This document shows positions 46,075 to 55,894 of a stretch of 64,000 nt of DNA, piece by piece. Under the pieces are notes generated by a model that saw only the letters and a list, made by a program, of their open reading frames with translations, was not told the origin of the DNA and did not search any database. This stretch comes from a virus: IMG/VR virus record IMGVR_UViG_3300035698_011327, positions 12,293-76,292 of that record; one strand, given 5' to 3'. The position numbers and the translations under genes were made by a program. Numbering within the stretch: position 1 is the first letter of the stretch; each line of letters starts with the position of its first letter.

Positions 46075-48287
46075 GTCGCTACCCTCCACCATCTTTGAAA
46101 AATCGTCTCCCCTTGAATCTTCCGATCAATTAAGATACACTTTTCACCAGACCAACCAGCTCCATCTGAACTCGCCCCTTCTTCTACGGTCAGCGCCCCA
46201 GCATCCCCTTCATACACATCGTACCCTTCCCAAATAGGAGTAGTTCTTTCAACTATATCATGACGGAAAGCATGAAGGTCAATATAGCGATTCGCAAGAA
46301 TCCTAGCAGACGCTTCACCTTGAACATCAGGGTATTTCAAAACCACTTGGGCACGTGATCCATATTGATAATAAGACTTTTCAAGTGAAGATGAATTTGT
46401 CCTATCTAGAGTCAACTCTAATTCATATTTACCTGTTGCTGGATTTAAGCCGTACTGAATCAATAAATCATTGCACACTTTATCGTCTGGCGTCCTGGAA
46501 ATTTTCACAGTAGATCCAACTTGATCAAATCTTTTAGGCTGAACCAAGGTTGGACCATTAGCGTTAACGCCAACGACAGATATTTTGCCACGTTTTTGAA
46601 TTCGTGTATAACTACATTGATTCAAAATTCTATCGATGACGTTTAAAACCTCTGTTGTGCTATTTATGATTGTAGCAAAATTTAAGCCAGGTAGCAGTGC
46701 CTTCATCGTCTTTAAAGATTCTACCCCAATATCGTCGGTTGAAAGATCTGTGTAGTGCTCTAAAAGATAGTAAACAATGTCTGCTGGGTGTTCAATTAAA
46801 CTTCCAGCAGTACCAGTTATTGTTCCAATTCCATCTTCCAAGCCTTGAATTGAGCACGATAAAGGTTCGCTTGCCACTTGGTCTGAAGTGAAATCAAAAT
46901 AGGCGACTACATTACCTTCGCTATCAGTTCCAGATGGGTAGAAAGTAAAACCTGCCGCAGAAATAACAGCACCGTCCTTATCGTAAGAATTTTCAGTTGT
47001 GGCTGTATATTCAGCATCGGTTGAAATTGACACACCAGCCATAGCAAGATACTTAAATCCAGACGTATCTATGCATCTCAACGGGATACCTCTCGACCAA
47101 TCTCCAAAAACGATAGCTTGTGGCAAGCCAGCTACAGACCCACCACCGCCAGCAGTCCTATGGATAGGCCATGTGTCTTCATTAATCGTTGTGCTTGGTA
47201 CTACGCCAAATTGAACTAGTGGCTGTTCAGCAAGAGAAAATGAATATGTAAACTTATCGTGATATTTTTTACGGAATATGCCACGGAAGATCACTCCTTC
47301 AATGTCTATATCAGCCCACTCTAATCCATCAGCCCAGATGTAAACAGATCCAGAAGAACCATCTAGCCGCCGACGCACTTCTTGGTCTTGGAATCTATCG
47401 TCGTTAGCGACATTAAAAGTGATTTCTCGGAGAGAAGTGGATTGTGATTCAAAATTATAGGATGAGGCGATAGATACTTCATTTAACATCTTCCCTTCAA
47501 ACAACCTATTATGTCCAGTAGCACCGGAAGGGGAATTATAAAGGGCTTTTATTTCATTTGTGGTCAATGCCTTATCGTAGATTCTAATTTCATCTAATCT
47601 TTCACCTGGCAAATCAGCAGAGGCAAAAAACTCTAAGTTGGTTATAACTGTAAAATCTTCAAGGGGTGTATTCGGTGGAGCAATTGGAGTTATGTATTCC
47701 GCATCAGTATACACTCGCATCTCATCATTTGTTCGATCATAGATAGCAACATTGTGAACCCACTCGTCGTAAGGAATATAACCGCCTTTCCATATAGAGT
47801 GTCCGACCCCTGTGTTTTCACCGAACCAGAAACCAGTGCCGGAACCTGTATCGGTACCATGCTCAAATCTAAATTGATTACCATCAAAAAGAAACGAGAT
47901 AAGGTCAGCGAAGCTAAGTTCTATAGAGGGTCGCCACCAAAATGAAAAGCTAAAATCCCCTGTCTCAAATGCCGCTTTCATATTATTTGATGGTGTAGCA
48001 ATCGTTATAATTCCAGCCGCACCCTCTTGTAGACAAGATCCGACAACACCAGATGGATACGTCACAGCCCCGGCAACGCTCCCATCATTCCCACTGCCAC
48101 TATAATCTTTAACGTCACCATTTAACGGCCAATAGCCAACCAAGTTGTCGTCGCTCGGCATTCTTGCGCCGGGATGCTCTACCATGATATTCTCAGTAGA
48201 CCACCGTTTTACAAGTCCTTCAAAATCAATCTCTACAAGCATGCGAGTGGATCGTGCAGCTTTCAATTTATCTGAGATAGTAGACAT
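46071..48287 (-). CDS. tail tip/baseplate protein with inserted LamG (concanavalin-like) domain
   Basis: LVGYWPLNG..DYSGSGN.G, LDEIRIYDKALT..EI..LY. Confidence 0.75.
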   Translation of the reverse strand: MSTISDKLKAARSTRMLVEIDFEGLVKRWSTENIMVEHPGARMPSDDNLVGYWPLNGDVKDYSGSGNDGSVAGAVTYPSGVVGSCLQEGAAGIITIATPSNNMKAAFETGDFSFSFWWRPSIELSFADLISFLFDGNQFRFEHGTDTGSGTGFWFGENTGVGHSIWKGGYIPYDEWVHNVAIYDRTNDEMRVYTDAEYITPIAPPNTPLEDFTVITNLEFFASADLPGERLDEIRIYDKALTTNEIKALYNSPSGATGHNRLFEGKMLNEVSIASSYNFESQSTSLREITFNVANDDRFQDQEVRRRLDGSSGSVYIWADGLEWADIDIEGVIFRGIFRKKYHDKFTYSFSLAEQPLVQFGVVPSTTINEDTWPIHRTAGGGGSVAGLPQAIVFGDWSRGIPLRCIDTSGFKYLAMAGVSISTDAEYTATTENSYDKDGAVISAAGFTFYPSGTDSEGNVVAYFDFTSDQVASEPLSCSIQGLEDGIGTITGTAGSLIEHPADIVYYLLEHYTDLSTDDIGVESLKTMKALLPGLNFATIINSTTEVLNVIDRILNQCSYTRIQKRGKISVVGVNANGPTLVQPKRFDQVGSTVKISRTPDDKVCNDLLIQYGLNPATGKYELELTLDRTNSSSLEKSYYQYGSRAQVVLKYPDVQGEASARILANRYIDLHAFRHDIVERTTPIWEGYDVYEGDAGALTVEEGASSDGAGWSGEKCILIDRKIQGETIFQRWWRVAT

Positions 48288-50725
48288 TAAAGGGTTTCCT
48301 TAAGCTTTATACTAAAATCAAACATATCGCCATATCTGTGTTTTTGTTCTATGTCGCCTATCAGCTTCACTAGATAACAGTCAGTTAGAGTGTCAGAGTC
48401 AGGAACCATAGCAATAGACTTCCCATCTATATAATCAGCTAATGCGATCACTTCCTCTCTAGTGTCGTCACTACCTGTCCAATCAAGTTGAAAAGCCCTT
48501 CGTCTTTCCGCACCCTTAATAGGTATCATTCCACCATATGGAGTCTCAAGGTAAGTAATGTCACGGATGTTTGTTTTTCCATATCTTGGTGCCCATGGTC
48601 TTGTAAGCGTGATTGCTTCTCCTATTACCATCGCACCTATCTGATAATAGTCATCGGCGGTCTGTTGGGCCGGGATCGAAATCCGGACAAATTGATAAAG
48701 CCCCCCGGTAAAAGTCTTCACAATGGACCCCTGAAAGATTGCAAACGCATCCCCATTTTCAATCCCTGAAGCCGCCGTTGTGTCAAGGACAATATAATCC
48801 CCCACATTGTCCTTGATCTTCCAGGTCGCGCCTGATCTGGCCACCCCCGCTTCAATATCCTGAAGGTATAGACCCTTCAATTCGTGGTCCTTATAATTAG
48901 CTAAAAGGGAAGTGTCTTTCACCGTATTTCCATTGGCCGCTTCATCCGCTTCCCCGGTGGCCAGATCAAAAGATACGGATTCATCAATGGTTGGGGCCCC
49001 CCATGAATCGGTAGCATTCATCTGAAATGAAAGGGCCCGGATATTACATCCAAAAAAACCCACTCCGGAAGCCTTGAACCTTTCATTAATCCCCAGATCA
49101 ATAACGATATTACATTCCGCCCCATCCGTTTCAGACCGCCAGGGCTTAGAGGGTGAGTCAGATATGATATTGGACATAGCATATTGATACTTAGGTTCAA
49201 ATGTCCACTTATCGCCGACTATGCCTGCACCACCATGCCATACGACTTTCACTCCACAGGCTAACAGCGTTTCTTGTGCTGAGGATGGGACTGTAATTGC
49301 ATTAGCTGAATATGGTTCGAATCCACCTCTGCTTACGGCTTGAATAGTCGTATTATTATCAGACCAAATACAAAATATCTTACCGGCTTCATTAGACACT
49401 AAATCTGGAAAGGATACAGAATTTCCAGCATTGTGTAACTCAGTCGGGGTACTGGCATTGAATGTATATCCTTTATCTATCGATTTACACAATTCAATTG
49501 TTTCATTTGTAGCATCATTAGCCACAGCATAAATGACACCAGCAAGATCTGTGAATATATGGGGGTCTCTCATATTGCCAACAAAATCAATAATATCGAT
49601 CCTGCTACTCCAAGTAGCCCCGCTATCAGTGCTGATCTTGCCCTTTATATCGTAATCGCCAGCTGAGGCAATATCAGTCTCATATGCTACTAAAATATCA
49701 CCATCTTGATTTACACAAATAGCACCTCTACTGTCGGCATCTGAATCGACATCGATTGGAGTTGCTGACCAAGAGTTCCCACCATCGTCTGAAAATCGCA
49801 CCATAACATTTGAAGTATATGCAACAACCATCACAATCCGACCCCCAGGAAGGACCGCAATATCACCAAAATATATATCTGGAAGGGAAACCAAATTAGA
49901 CCATGTATCGCCATCATCATCTGAATAAAAGATTGCACTTGTGGAACTTGGTGCGCTAGCACTTATAATCAGCCTTCCACTCCCTAAAGTACAAATCCCA
50001 TAAACTACATAACCACTTGCTATTGCTTGCTCTATATAAATAGGGCTATTCCAAGATAACCCGCCATCAGTAGACTTAATTGCGATAACATCGTAGCTTC
50101 CAACGTCATCTACCCACGTAGCAACTACAAGGTCACCATTTTGAGCAAGAGTGGACCGTCTTGTTACGTTTGACCAACAAGCATCAGCAATATCAGAAAC
50201 TTCTGTCTCATCTGGCCATGTAGCTGTGTCTGGGTCGTCACCGCCAAAATAATTACTACCGCCATCGTGAGAAAATTTAAAAGTAGCAGTTCCAGCATCG
50301 CCTCCAGCGATTAATTCTGCTATGAAGTCTCTGGTAGCATAGTGAAGCGTCAACGTGAAAGTATCACTGGTAGTGGTGGAAGTTACAGCGCCAACCCATG
50401 TTAGCGTCCCAGTAGATTTAGTGAAATCAGTTATTGTTGCAGTCCCAGATGTATTTGCTCCAGTCAAGAATGTAATTACAGCGCCAATAAACCAATCATC
50501 TCCAAACGCTGCTAAAGAAGAATCAACCATTGTGGTGGTAGACCCATTACTAGTAGCTGTTCCTGAATTAACATAATCCGCAATATCGCCTTTTGAGATT
50601 AACCGGAAGCTTCCTGTGTTTGCAGAATTAGAGGCTGGTTGACCGATAAACACTCCATCCTGTTCTGTAGCAGAAAGAAAGTCGCTATCTTCCAAAATAT
50701 TTTCAGCTATGAGTTTAGTTGTCAT
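48287..50725 (-). CDS. distal tail protein with a BNR/Asp-box (sialidase-like) propeller
   Basis: Repeated S.D.G.TW Asp boxes (STDGGLSW, SDDDGDTW, SDDGGNSW, STDSGATW); downstream of the tape measure gene. Confidence 0.75.
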   Translation of the reverse strand: MTTKLIAENILEDSDFLSATEQDGVFIGQPASNSANTGSFRLISKGDIADYVNSGTATSNGSTTTMVDSSLAAFGDDWFIGAVITFLTGANTSGTATITDFTKSTGTLTWVGAVTSTTTSDTFTLTLHYATRDFIAELIAGGDAGTATFKFSHDGGSNYFGGDDPDTATWPDETEVSDIADACWSNVTRRSTLAQNGDLVVATWVDDVGSYDVIAIKSTDGGLSWNSPIYIEQAIASGYVVYGICTLGSGRLIISASAPSSTSAIFYSDDDGDTWSNLVSLPDIYFGDIAVLPGGRIVMVVAYTSNVMVRFSDDGGNSWSATPIDVDSDADSRGAICVNQDGDILVAYETDIASAGDYDIKGKISTDSGATWSSRIDIIDFVGNMRDPHIFTDLAGVIYAVANDATNETIELCKSIDKGYTFNASTPTELHNAGNSVSFPDLVSNEAGKIFCIWSDNNTTIQAVSRGGFEPYSANAITVPSSAQETLLACGVKVVWHGGAGIVGDKWTFEPKYQYAMSNIISDSPSKPWRSETDGAECNIVIDLGINERFKASGVGFFGCNIRALSFQMNATDSWGAPTIDESVSFDLATGEADEAANGNTVKDTSLLANYKDHELKGLYLQDIEAGVARSGATWKIKDNVGDYIVLDTTAASGIENGDAFAIFQGSIVKTFTGGLYQFVRISIPAQQTADDYYQIGAMVIGEAITLTRPWAPRYGKTNIRDITYLETPYGGMIPIKGAERRRAFQLDWTGSDDTREEVIALADYIDGKSIAMVPDSDTLTDCYLVKLIGDIEQKHRYGDMFDFSIKLKETL

Positions 50726-53700
50726 ATGTCAATTCCTGCTTCTACCTGATTTACAGTTTCATACTGATTTCCTACCCTATTTGTCTGCGTCTTATTCATC
50801 CGATTTGCGAACCAAGTGTCTATATCGTCAGTTGTTATTATGCCTTTATTTATAAACGTAGCACCTTGAGATCCACCTACTATCTCTACAGGGATTGTCC
50901 CTCCACCTTGTAAAGGAACGACTGCTTCATCACCATGAAGAGTTGCATTATATCCTGATTCTGGCCCTCTTGAAATGCCGCCGTACCTATACTCGTTCGA
51001 TGACACTCCACTTGCTGATATACTCTTACTCATCCTTAAGTCTCCAGCAAGTGCTCCAAGTGTAGAAAAAAGCCCATTGTCGTCCATACCAAGAAAGGAG
51101 ATACTAGCCCCGGCATCCTGATCAGTGCTACTCCTTATAGCTGATCCAAAAGTCCTTGACATGCCCATCCTTGCCGCTTTACTACCAAGACGACTAGCCA
51201 GCCTTGAACTGGCTGAACCTACCCAAGCTCCGCTAGCACCTGGGCCGCCAGCAGCAAATGCCCCTGTCCCTGATGTTGCGGCATTCCCTCCAGCTCCAAC
51301 GGCTGTTTGTGGCACCGAGCCAGCATTACCAATACCCTGTGCTACATTTCCTGCAACATATGTGGCAAACCCAGCCACATAAGCACGTTCTATGGTCTCT
51401 TTGAGATCCCTTTCATTCATTTGGCTTGCAAATGCTGACCCAAGAGCAGCCCCTACTGGCCCACCAAAAAAGGCTCCTGCGATTGGAAGGACAACATCTG
51501 CCATCAGCTTTGGGTTCAGCAGACCACTAGTTTTCATGAAATCGCTGACGCCACCCATAACATCGCTAACGCCACCCATAACATCGCTAAACACTGAAAA
51601 CTGAGGAAGGCCAGTTGCGGGATTAATTGTACCAGACCCACCTATAGCCATAAGCAATGCTGCCTCTTCAGGATTAATATGAGCCAAAAGAGTATCACCG
51701 TGCTGGCCTTGAGCAGCAATCTTAGATGTCTGTGATCTTGGGACTACATACTCGCCTGGAGATAACATGGACCTATAGGTGTCATTTGCAAAAGAGTCTC
51801 CACTGCCTTTGCCACCTGGGACAAAACCGCCATAAGCCATGTTGCGTTGGCCTTCAATACCACTCCAACTGCTGTTAATCCCATCGCCCCTGCCAGCGCT
51901 CCCTCCGCTATCGCCACCAAAGAACTCTGCACCTATCTTAGCAAGGCTAGATATCAAGCTTAAAGCACTGCTACCTGTATCGACCCAATCGGCTTTAAAT
52001 AAAAGAACCACCTGGTCGATCGCAGCTTCCACAATCATCTTTGCTATAATATCAGTAAACGTCCTAAGCAGAGAATCTGTAAATGTTCTCCAAGCAACTT
52101 GGAAGTCTTCTAAGTCACCTGTCATCGCATCAAAAAGACGCTTAGATACTAAGGCTTGCGCTGATTCTGAAAAATCTTTAAATATTTGAAGTCCGGCATC
52201 AGCCATCGTCATTTGGTCATCGACCATCTGCATATAACCAAGTTTTATTCCGTCGAAAAACTCCTTTGAGTGAGCAAGTCTTTCTTCTTCATTATCTCTA
52301 TGTAACTGTAAAGAATAAGCATCTATTAGGTTTTGATTTTCTTGTAATTTGCCATATAGCTTGAACTTGTTTTCAATAAGCGTCACTTCTTCCTTGATGA
52401 GCTTCTTTGATTCTGGGTAATACTCATTAAGTGCTTTGTACATCTTCTTTTTTGTCTCCAGGACATACTTATCTTGTTTCAGATCTTTCTTTGCTTGCTT
52501 TCTCCTTTTTTCCATCGCTTTTATTGAATCTTCAGTCTTCTTATCTACATAAGAAAAATGCATCTTGTCGAAAATGTGCTTCTGTTTTTTCAGGTATAAC
52601 TCTTCATGTTCAGCAAACGTCATCTTCTCACTATAATTGTTGAGAAAACCAATCCTCATCTTTTCATTTTCAAGCTCATATTTTATCTGCAAATTATAAG
52701 CTGCTTTATTTGAATCTTTTTGTGCGCTATATTTCCGCTCAAGCATCTTTTTATATTGATCAAGATAGTCAGCTATTGCTACATCAGGATTTTCAGCGAA
52801 CATCTCACCAAGCTGTAGATTCTTTTGTTTTGCTAGATCTCTCTTAAGGTTAAGCGCATCAGCCATCGCTTTTTCATATTTTGCATTTATAGGTGCTTCT
52901 GCTGCTGCTAAAGCAGCAATAGGCTGGTTTCCGTAGACAGGTTTCCTTTCAGGAGCAGCTTGGGGAGCAATATCACCCCATATTCTTTTCCCTTTAGTCC
53001 CTGCGTAAGCTAGACTCGGATCTCCTTCGCCATACACTTCAGAAAGACGTTTCTTAAAAGCAGCAACTTTTCCAAATTTCTCCTCAGCCTCTTTCATCTG
53101 TTTATCAAAATATATGAAAGCGACAGCTGAACCAAACAAGGCTGCTGCAACCAAAATGAGAGGGTTAGCGATAAGAGTGATGCCTAACCCTGTTGCTGCT
53201 GCTTCTGCTGCTAATATTGAATTTCTCAGCGCAACAAAGCCAGCGATTAAGCTCTGTGCTATTTTCATAGTAGCAAGAGCTGCTGTAAAAGCCAATATGC
53301 CTGGTGTCCAGTTGACTACATCGTCAACAAACTCGCCAATTGCTTCTTTATGTGTCCTGATGTAACCAGTCACGCTTTTTAAAGCACTTTTTATTGTATC
53401 TACATATTTTTCCCATACATCTATCGATATGCTCGTCACAACAGAAACAAGTTTCTTCCAAACGCTTATTGTTGTGTTTTCAATTATTGCTGCTGCTTTA
53501 GCAGTTTCACCTGCGCCACTTCTTATCTTTTTTTCAAGTTCTTCTTGAGCTTTTATGTTCGCCTTAAGAATAAGGACTGACTTCAAGGAAATCATCCCGT
53601 ATGCTTTTCTTATCTGGGTGATTATCTTTTCTCTAGCAATCGTCTTACCCATCGATGCTGCATATTCTTTCTCTCTCTCATTCAGCTTTTTAAGAACATC

Positions 53701-54588
53701 GATAAGCTTGGCACCAGGACCAAGATTAAATGTCTTAGCCGCTTTCGTGGTCCTAACAAAAGCCTGTTGTAAGTTCCTGCCTGCGATACCAGCTTTAACA
53801 CCAGATTGGGCAAGGATGCCTATATAAGATGAAAGCTCCTGTATATCGTAACCTAACTGACCAGCGACAGGGGCTGCGAATTTCATCGCATTCCCCATCA
53901 TCTCAATATTTGTATTTGTTCTGGTAACTGTGGCAACGAAGACATCGTTAACCATCGTAAGGTCTTTTGTCTCAAGATTCATCGCATTAAGAGTATCAGT
54001 AACAATATCTGTAGCGCGACCAAGATCAAGTTCGCCTATAAGGGCTAGGTCAAGAACGCCTTTCAAAGCTTCTATCGATTCTGTAGCATTGAAGCCGGCC
54101 ATAGTAAGGTACTTTAAGGCATCGCCAGCTTGTATCGCTGTCCATACGGTCTGTTCGCCAGCAGCTTTAGCAGCATTCTTTAATGCTTCGAACTGATCAA
54201 CGGCATTAGTAAATCCAGGAGCAAGATCAGTAGAGATGGCATGAACAAAGCCCATCTTCTGTTCAAATTGAGCACCTGCCCCTATGCCACCTATAATCCC
54301 TCTCCAAGCAGAACGCATAGCCATATAAGCAGCCGTAACCTGGGCAACGTGGGGAACAAGGCCCATCATCGATCTTTTCTGCTTATTAGCAGATTTGGTC
54401 ATCCTATCCATACCACCAGCAGCGGTATTAGATGCCTTGCTGACCTTATCGTAACCTCTATAAACATTGCTGAAACTTGACTTAATAGCCAAAGCTGATC
54501 TCTGAGCTTGTCTCTCAATAGAATCGAGATCAGCTTTGAACTTAGCCATGTTCACTCTAACGTCTACATATGCTACGCCTATTCTCAC
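50722..54588 (-). CDS. tail tape measure protein (TP901 family)
   Basis: 1288 aa; T.WTA..A.DALKYL.MAGF, MKFAAPVA, GVKAG.AG motifs. Confidence 0.92.
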   Translation of the reverse strand: MRIGVAYVDVRVNMAKFKADLDSIERQAQRSALAIKSSFSNVYRGYDKVSKASNTAAGGMDRMTKSANKQKRSMMGLVPHVAQVTAAYMAMRSAWRGIIGGIGAGAQFEQKMGFVHAISTDLAPGFTNAVDQFEALKNAAKAAGEQTVWTAIQAGDALKYLTMAGFNATESIEALKGVLDLALIGELDLGRATDIVTDTLNAMNLETKDLTMVNDVFVATVTRTNTNIEMMGNAMKFAAPVAGQLGYDIQELSSYIGILAQSGVKAGIAGRNLQQAFVRTTKAAKTFNLGPGAKLIDVLKKLNEREKEYAASMGKTIAREKIITQIRKAYGMISLKSVLILKANIKAQEELEKKIRSGAGETAKAAAIIENTTISVWKKLVSVVTSISIDVWEKYVDTIKSALKSVTGYIRTHKEAIGEFVDDVVNWTPGILAFTAALATMKIAQSLIAGFVALRNSILAAEAAATGLGITLIANPLILVAAALFGSAVAFIYFDKQMKEAEEKFGKVAAFKKRLSEVYGEGDPSLAYAGTKGKRIWGDIAPQAAPERKPVYGNQPIAALAAAEAPINAKYEKAMADALNLKRDLAKQKNLQLGEMFAENPDVAIADYLDQYKKMLERKYSAQKDSNKAAYNLQIKYELENEKMRIGFLNNYSEKMTFAEHEELYLKKQKHIFDKMHFSYVDKKTEDSIKAMEKRRKQAKKDLKQDKYVLETKKKMYKALNEYYPESKKLIKEEVTLIENKFKLYGKLQENQNLIDAYSLQLHRDNEEERLAHSKEFFDGIKLGYMQMVDDQMTMADAGLQIFKDFSESAQALVSKRLFDAMTGDLEDFQVAWRTFTDSLLRTFTDIIAKMIVEAAIDQVVLLFKADWVDTGSSALSLISSLAKIGAEFFGGDSGGSAGRGDGINSSWSGIEGQRNMAYGGFVPGGKGSGDSFANDTYRSMLSPGEYVVPRSQTSKIAAQGQHGDTLLAHINPEEAALLMAIGGSGTINPATGLPQFSVFSDVMGGVSDVMGGVSDFMKTSGLLNPKLMADVVLPIAGAFFGGPVGAALGSAFASQMNERDLKETIERAYVAGFATYVAGNVAQGIGNAGSVPQTAVGAGGNAATSGTGAFAAGGPGASGAWVGSASSRLASRLGSKAARMGMSRTFGSAIRSSTDQDAGASISFLGMDDNGLFSTLGALAGDLRMSKSISASGVSSNEYRYGGISRGPESGYNATLHGDEAVVPLQGGGTIPVEIVGGSQGATFINKGIITTDDIDTWFANRMNKTQTNRVGNQYETVNQVEAGIDI

Positions 54589-54929
54589 GGCTTACCCTCT
54601 GCTTCTGCTTCATCTGTGATCAGCGATAAAGCATAATGATAAAGACCATACACCCCTTTGAATATCCTTTCCCTATCCTCTTGCTTCGTCTCTAACATAT
54701 CCATAACAACTTCAATGCTTTTTACATCTATGTCTATTGGACCACCCATGCTCATTATGTGCTGATTCTTTACATAAATAAAGACTTTGAAGATATCAAC
54801 GTTATCTGGTAGAAGAGCAGGCATACATTCAGCACAGTTTGGTTCTTTTTCATACATCTCCCAAGTTTTCCGACACAAATCGCAGTCGGGTTTATCTTGT
54901 AGCCTGTCTACTACCTCTATCAGTTTTTT
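54585..54929 (-). CDS. tail assembly chaperone GT extension (-1 frameshift product)
   Basis: -1 frame is open from the slippery A AAA AAC to the stop overlapping the TMP start. Confidence 0.7.
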   Translation of the reverse strand, partial: KKLIEVVDRLQDKPDCDLCRKTWEMYEKEPNCAECMPALLPDNVDIFKVFIYVKNQHIMSMGGPIDIDVKSIEVVMDMLETKQEDRERIFKGVYGLYHYALSLITDEAEAEGKP

Positions 54930-55315
54930 TCGAGCATCTCCAAATAAGCACCATCTTCTTCTGTAAGTTTATCAAGCGCATCGCCTACAAACTTAGCAAA
55001 CTGTACAGATTCTTTCATGAGTTTGGATCTATTCTCAGGCGAACATAGAATAGGGTTGCCGTCATTATCGACTACATTATCCCAGCTAACGATGACATAT
55101 TCCCAAAGCATATCCGTCCTCTTTGATTCATTGTCTTCGATAACTTCATGTCTTGCGCCTTTTCTGTACTCTATCTTCTTTTTTGTACACTTCTTGTTCA
55201 TCTCCTCAATAATATCAGAGTTTGCAAGCCGAAGTGTAACGCCTCCTTCTTCCGCATTGTCTTCATCGAATGGGAAGTACATTCCTGGGTTTAAGTTCTC
55301 CAAATCAAATTTCAT
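54920..55315 (-). CDS. tail assembly chaperone G
   Basis: Between tail tube and TMP; IVSWDNVVD..G..I.CSPEN; ends EKN at the slippery site. Confidence 0.8.
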   Translation of the reverse strand: MKFDLENLNPGMYFPFDEDNAEEGGVTLRLANSDIIEEMNKKCTKKKIEYRKGARHEVIEDNESKRTDMLWEYVIVSWDNVVDNDGNPILCSPENRSKLMKESVQFAKFVGDALDKLTEEDGAYLEMLEKN

Positions 55316-55429
55316 ATATCACCTGCCCCTTTCTAATTATGCCCCTATGAGATTGTGGGGACAAGGCCAGAAGGGGCTTTGACTGACCTTGCCAGGGTGC
55401 GAACACCCCAAGACCCACAAGATGTTAAA

Positions 55430-55885
55430 TTATACAAGCACCATCAAACCAGTTACCTTGCCTGTAAACGAGACAGTAGCTAGGCCAGCCTTATCCATGC
55501 TAATGTCATAAGACGTTATATTGACAAGAGACACCTTCCCATCCTGCCCTGTTGAAAGAGTACCAGGTGCAAAATATTGGGTGGATTGACTTGGTACATA
55601 ATACGATGTGTTGTCGACATACAGCCTTAAACTAGTCAAGTCTGTATTGTCCATATTAGCCGCTTGAAGGGCTTGTTGGCCTGTCGTATCAGACGGATCG
55701 AGAAATCCATTAAAGGAAATCTGTCCACCATCTTTCATACCAAATTCATACGACTTCCAGTTGTCGCCAAAAGACGAGGACTCCATCTGATCGGCGGTAA
55801 TGCCGCTAATACTCCACGTACCCATCGCAACGATGGTGCTTGCTCCGAGCGTTACTTTTCCTAAATGTCCTACTTTTACTGCCAT
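55430..55885 (-). CDS. major tail (tube) protein
   Basis: WSIS.ITADQMESSSFGDNWKSY..GMKDG, SFTGKVTG. Confidence 0.8.
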   Translation of the reverse strand: MAVKVGHLGKVTLGASTIVAMGTWSISGITADQMESSSFGDNWKSYEFGMKDGGQISFNGFLDPSDTTGQQALQAANMDNTDLTSLRLYVDNTSYYVPSQSTQYFAPGTLSTGQDGKVSLVNITSYDISMDKAGLATVSFTGKVTGLMVLV

Positions 55886-55894
55886 AATGACCTC

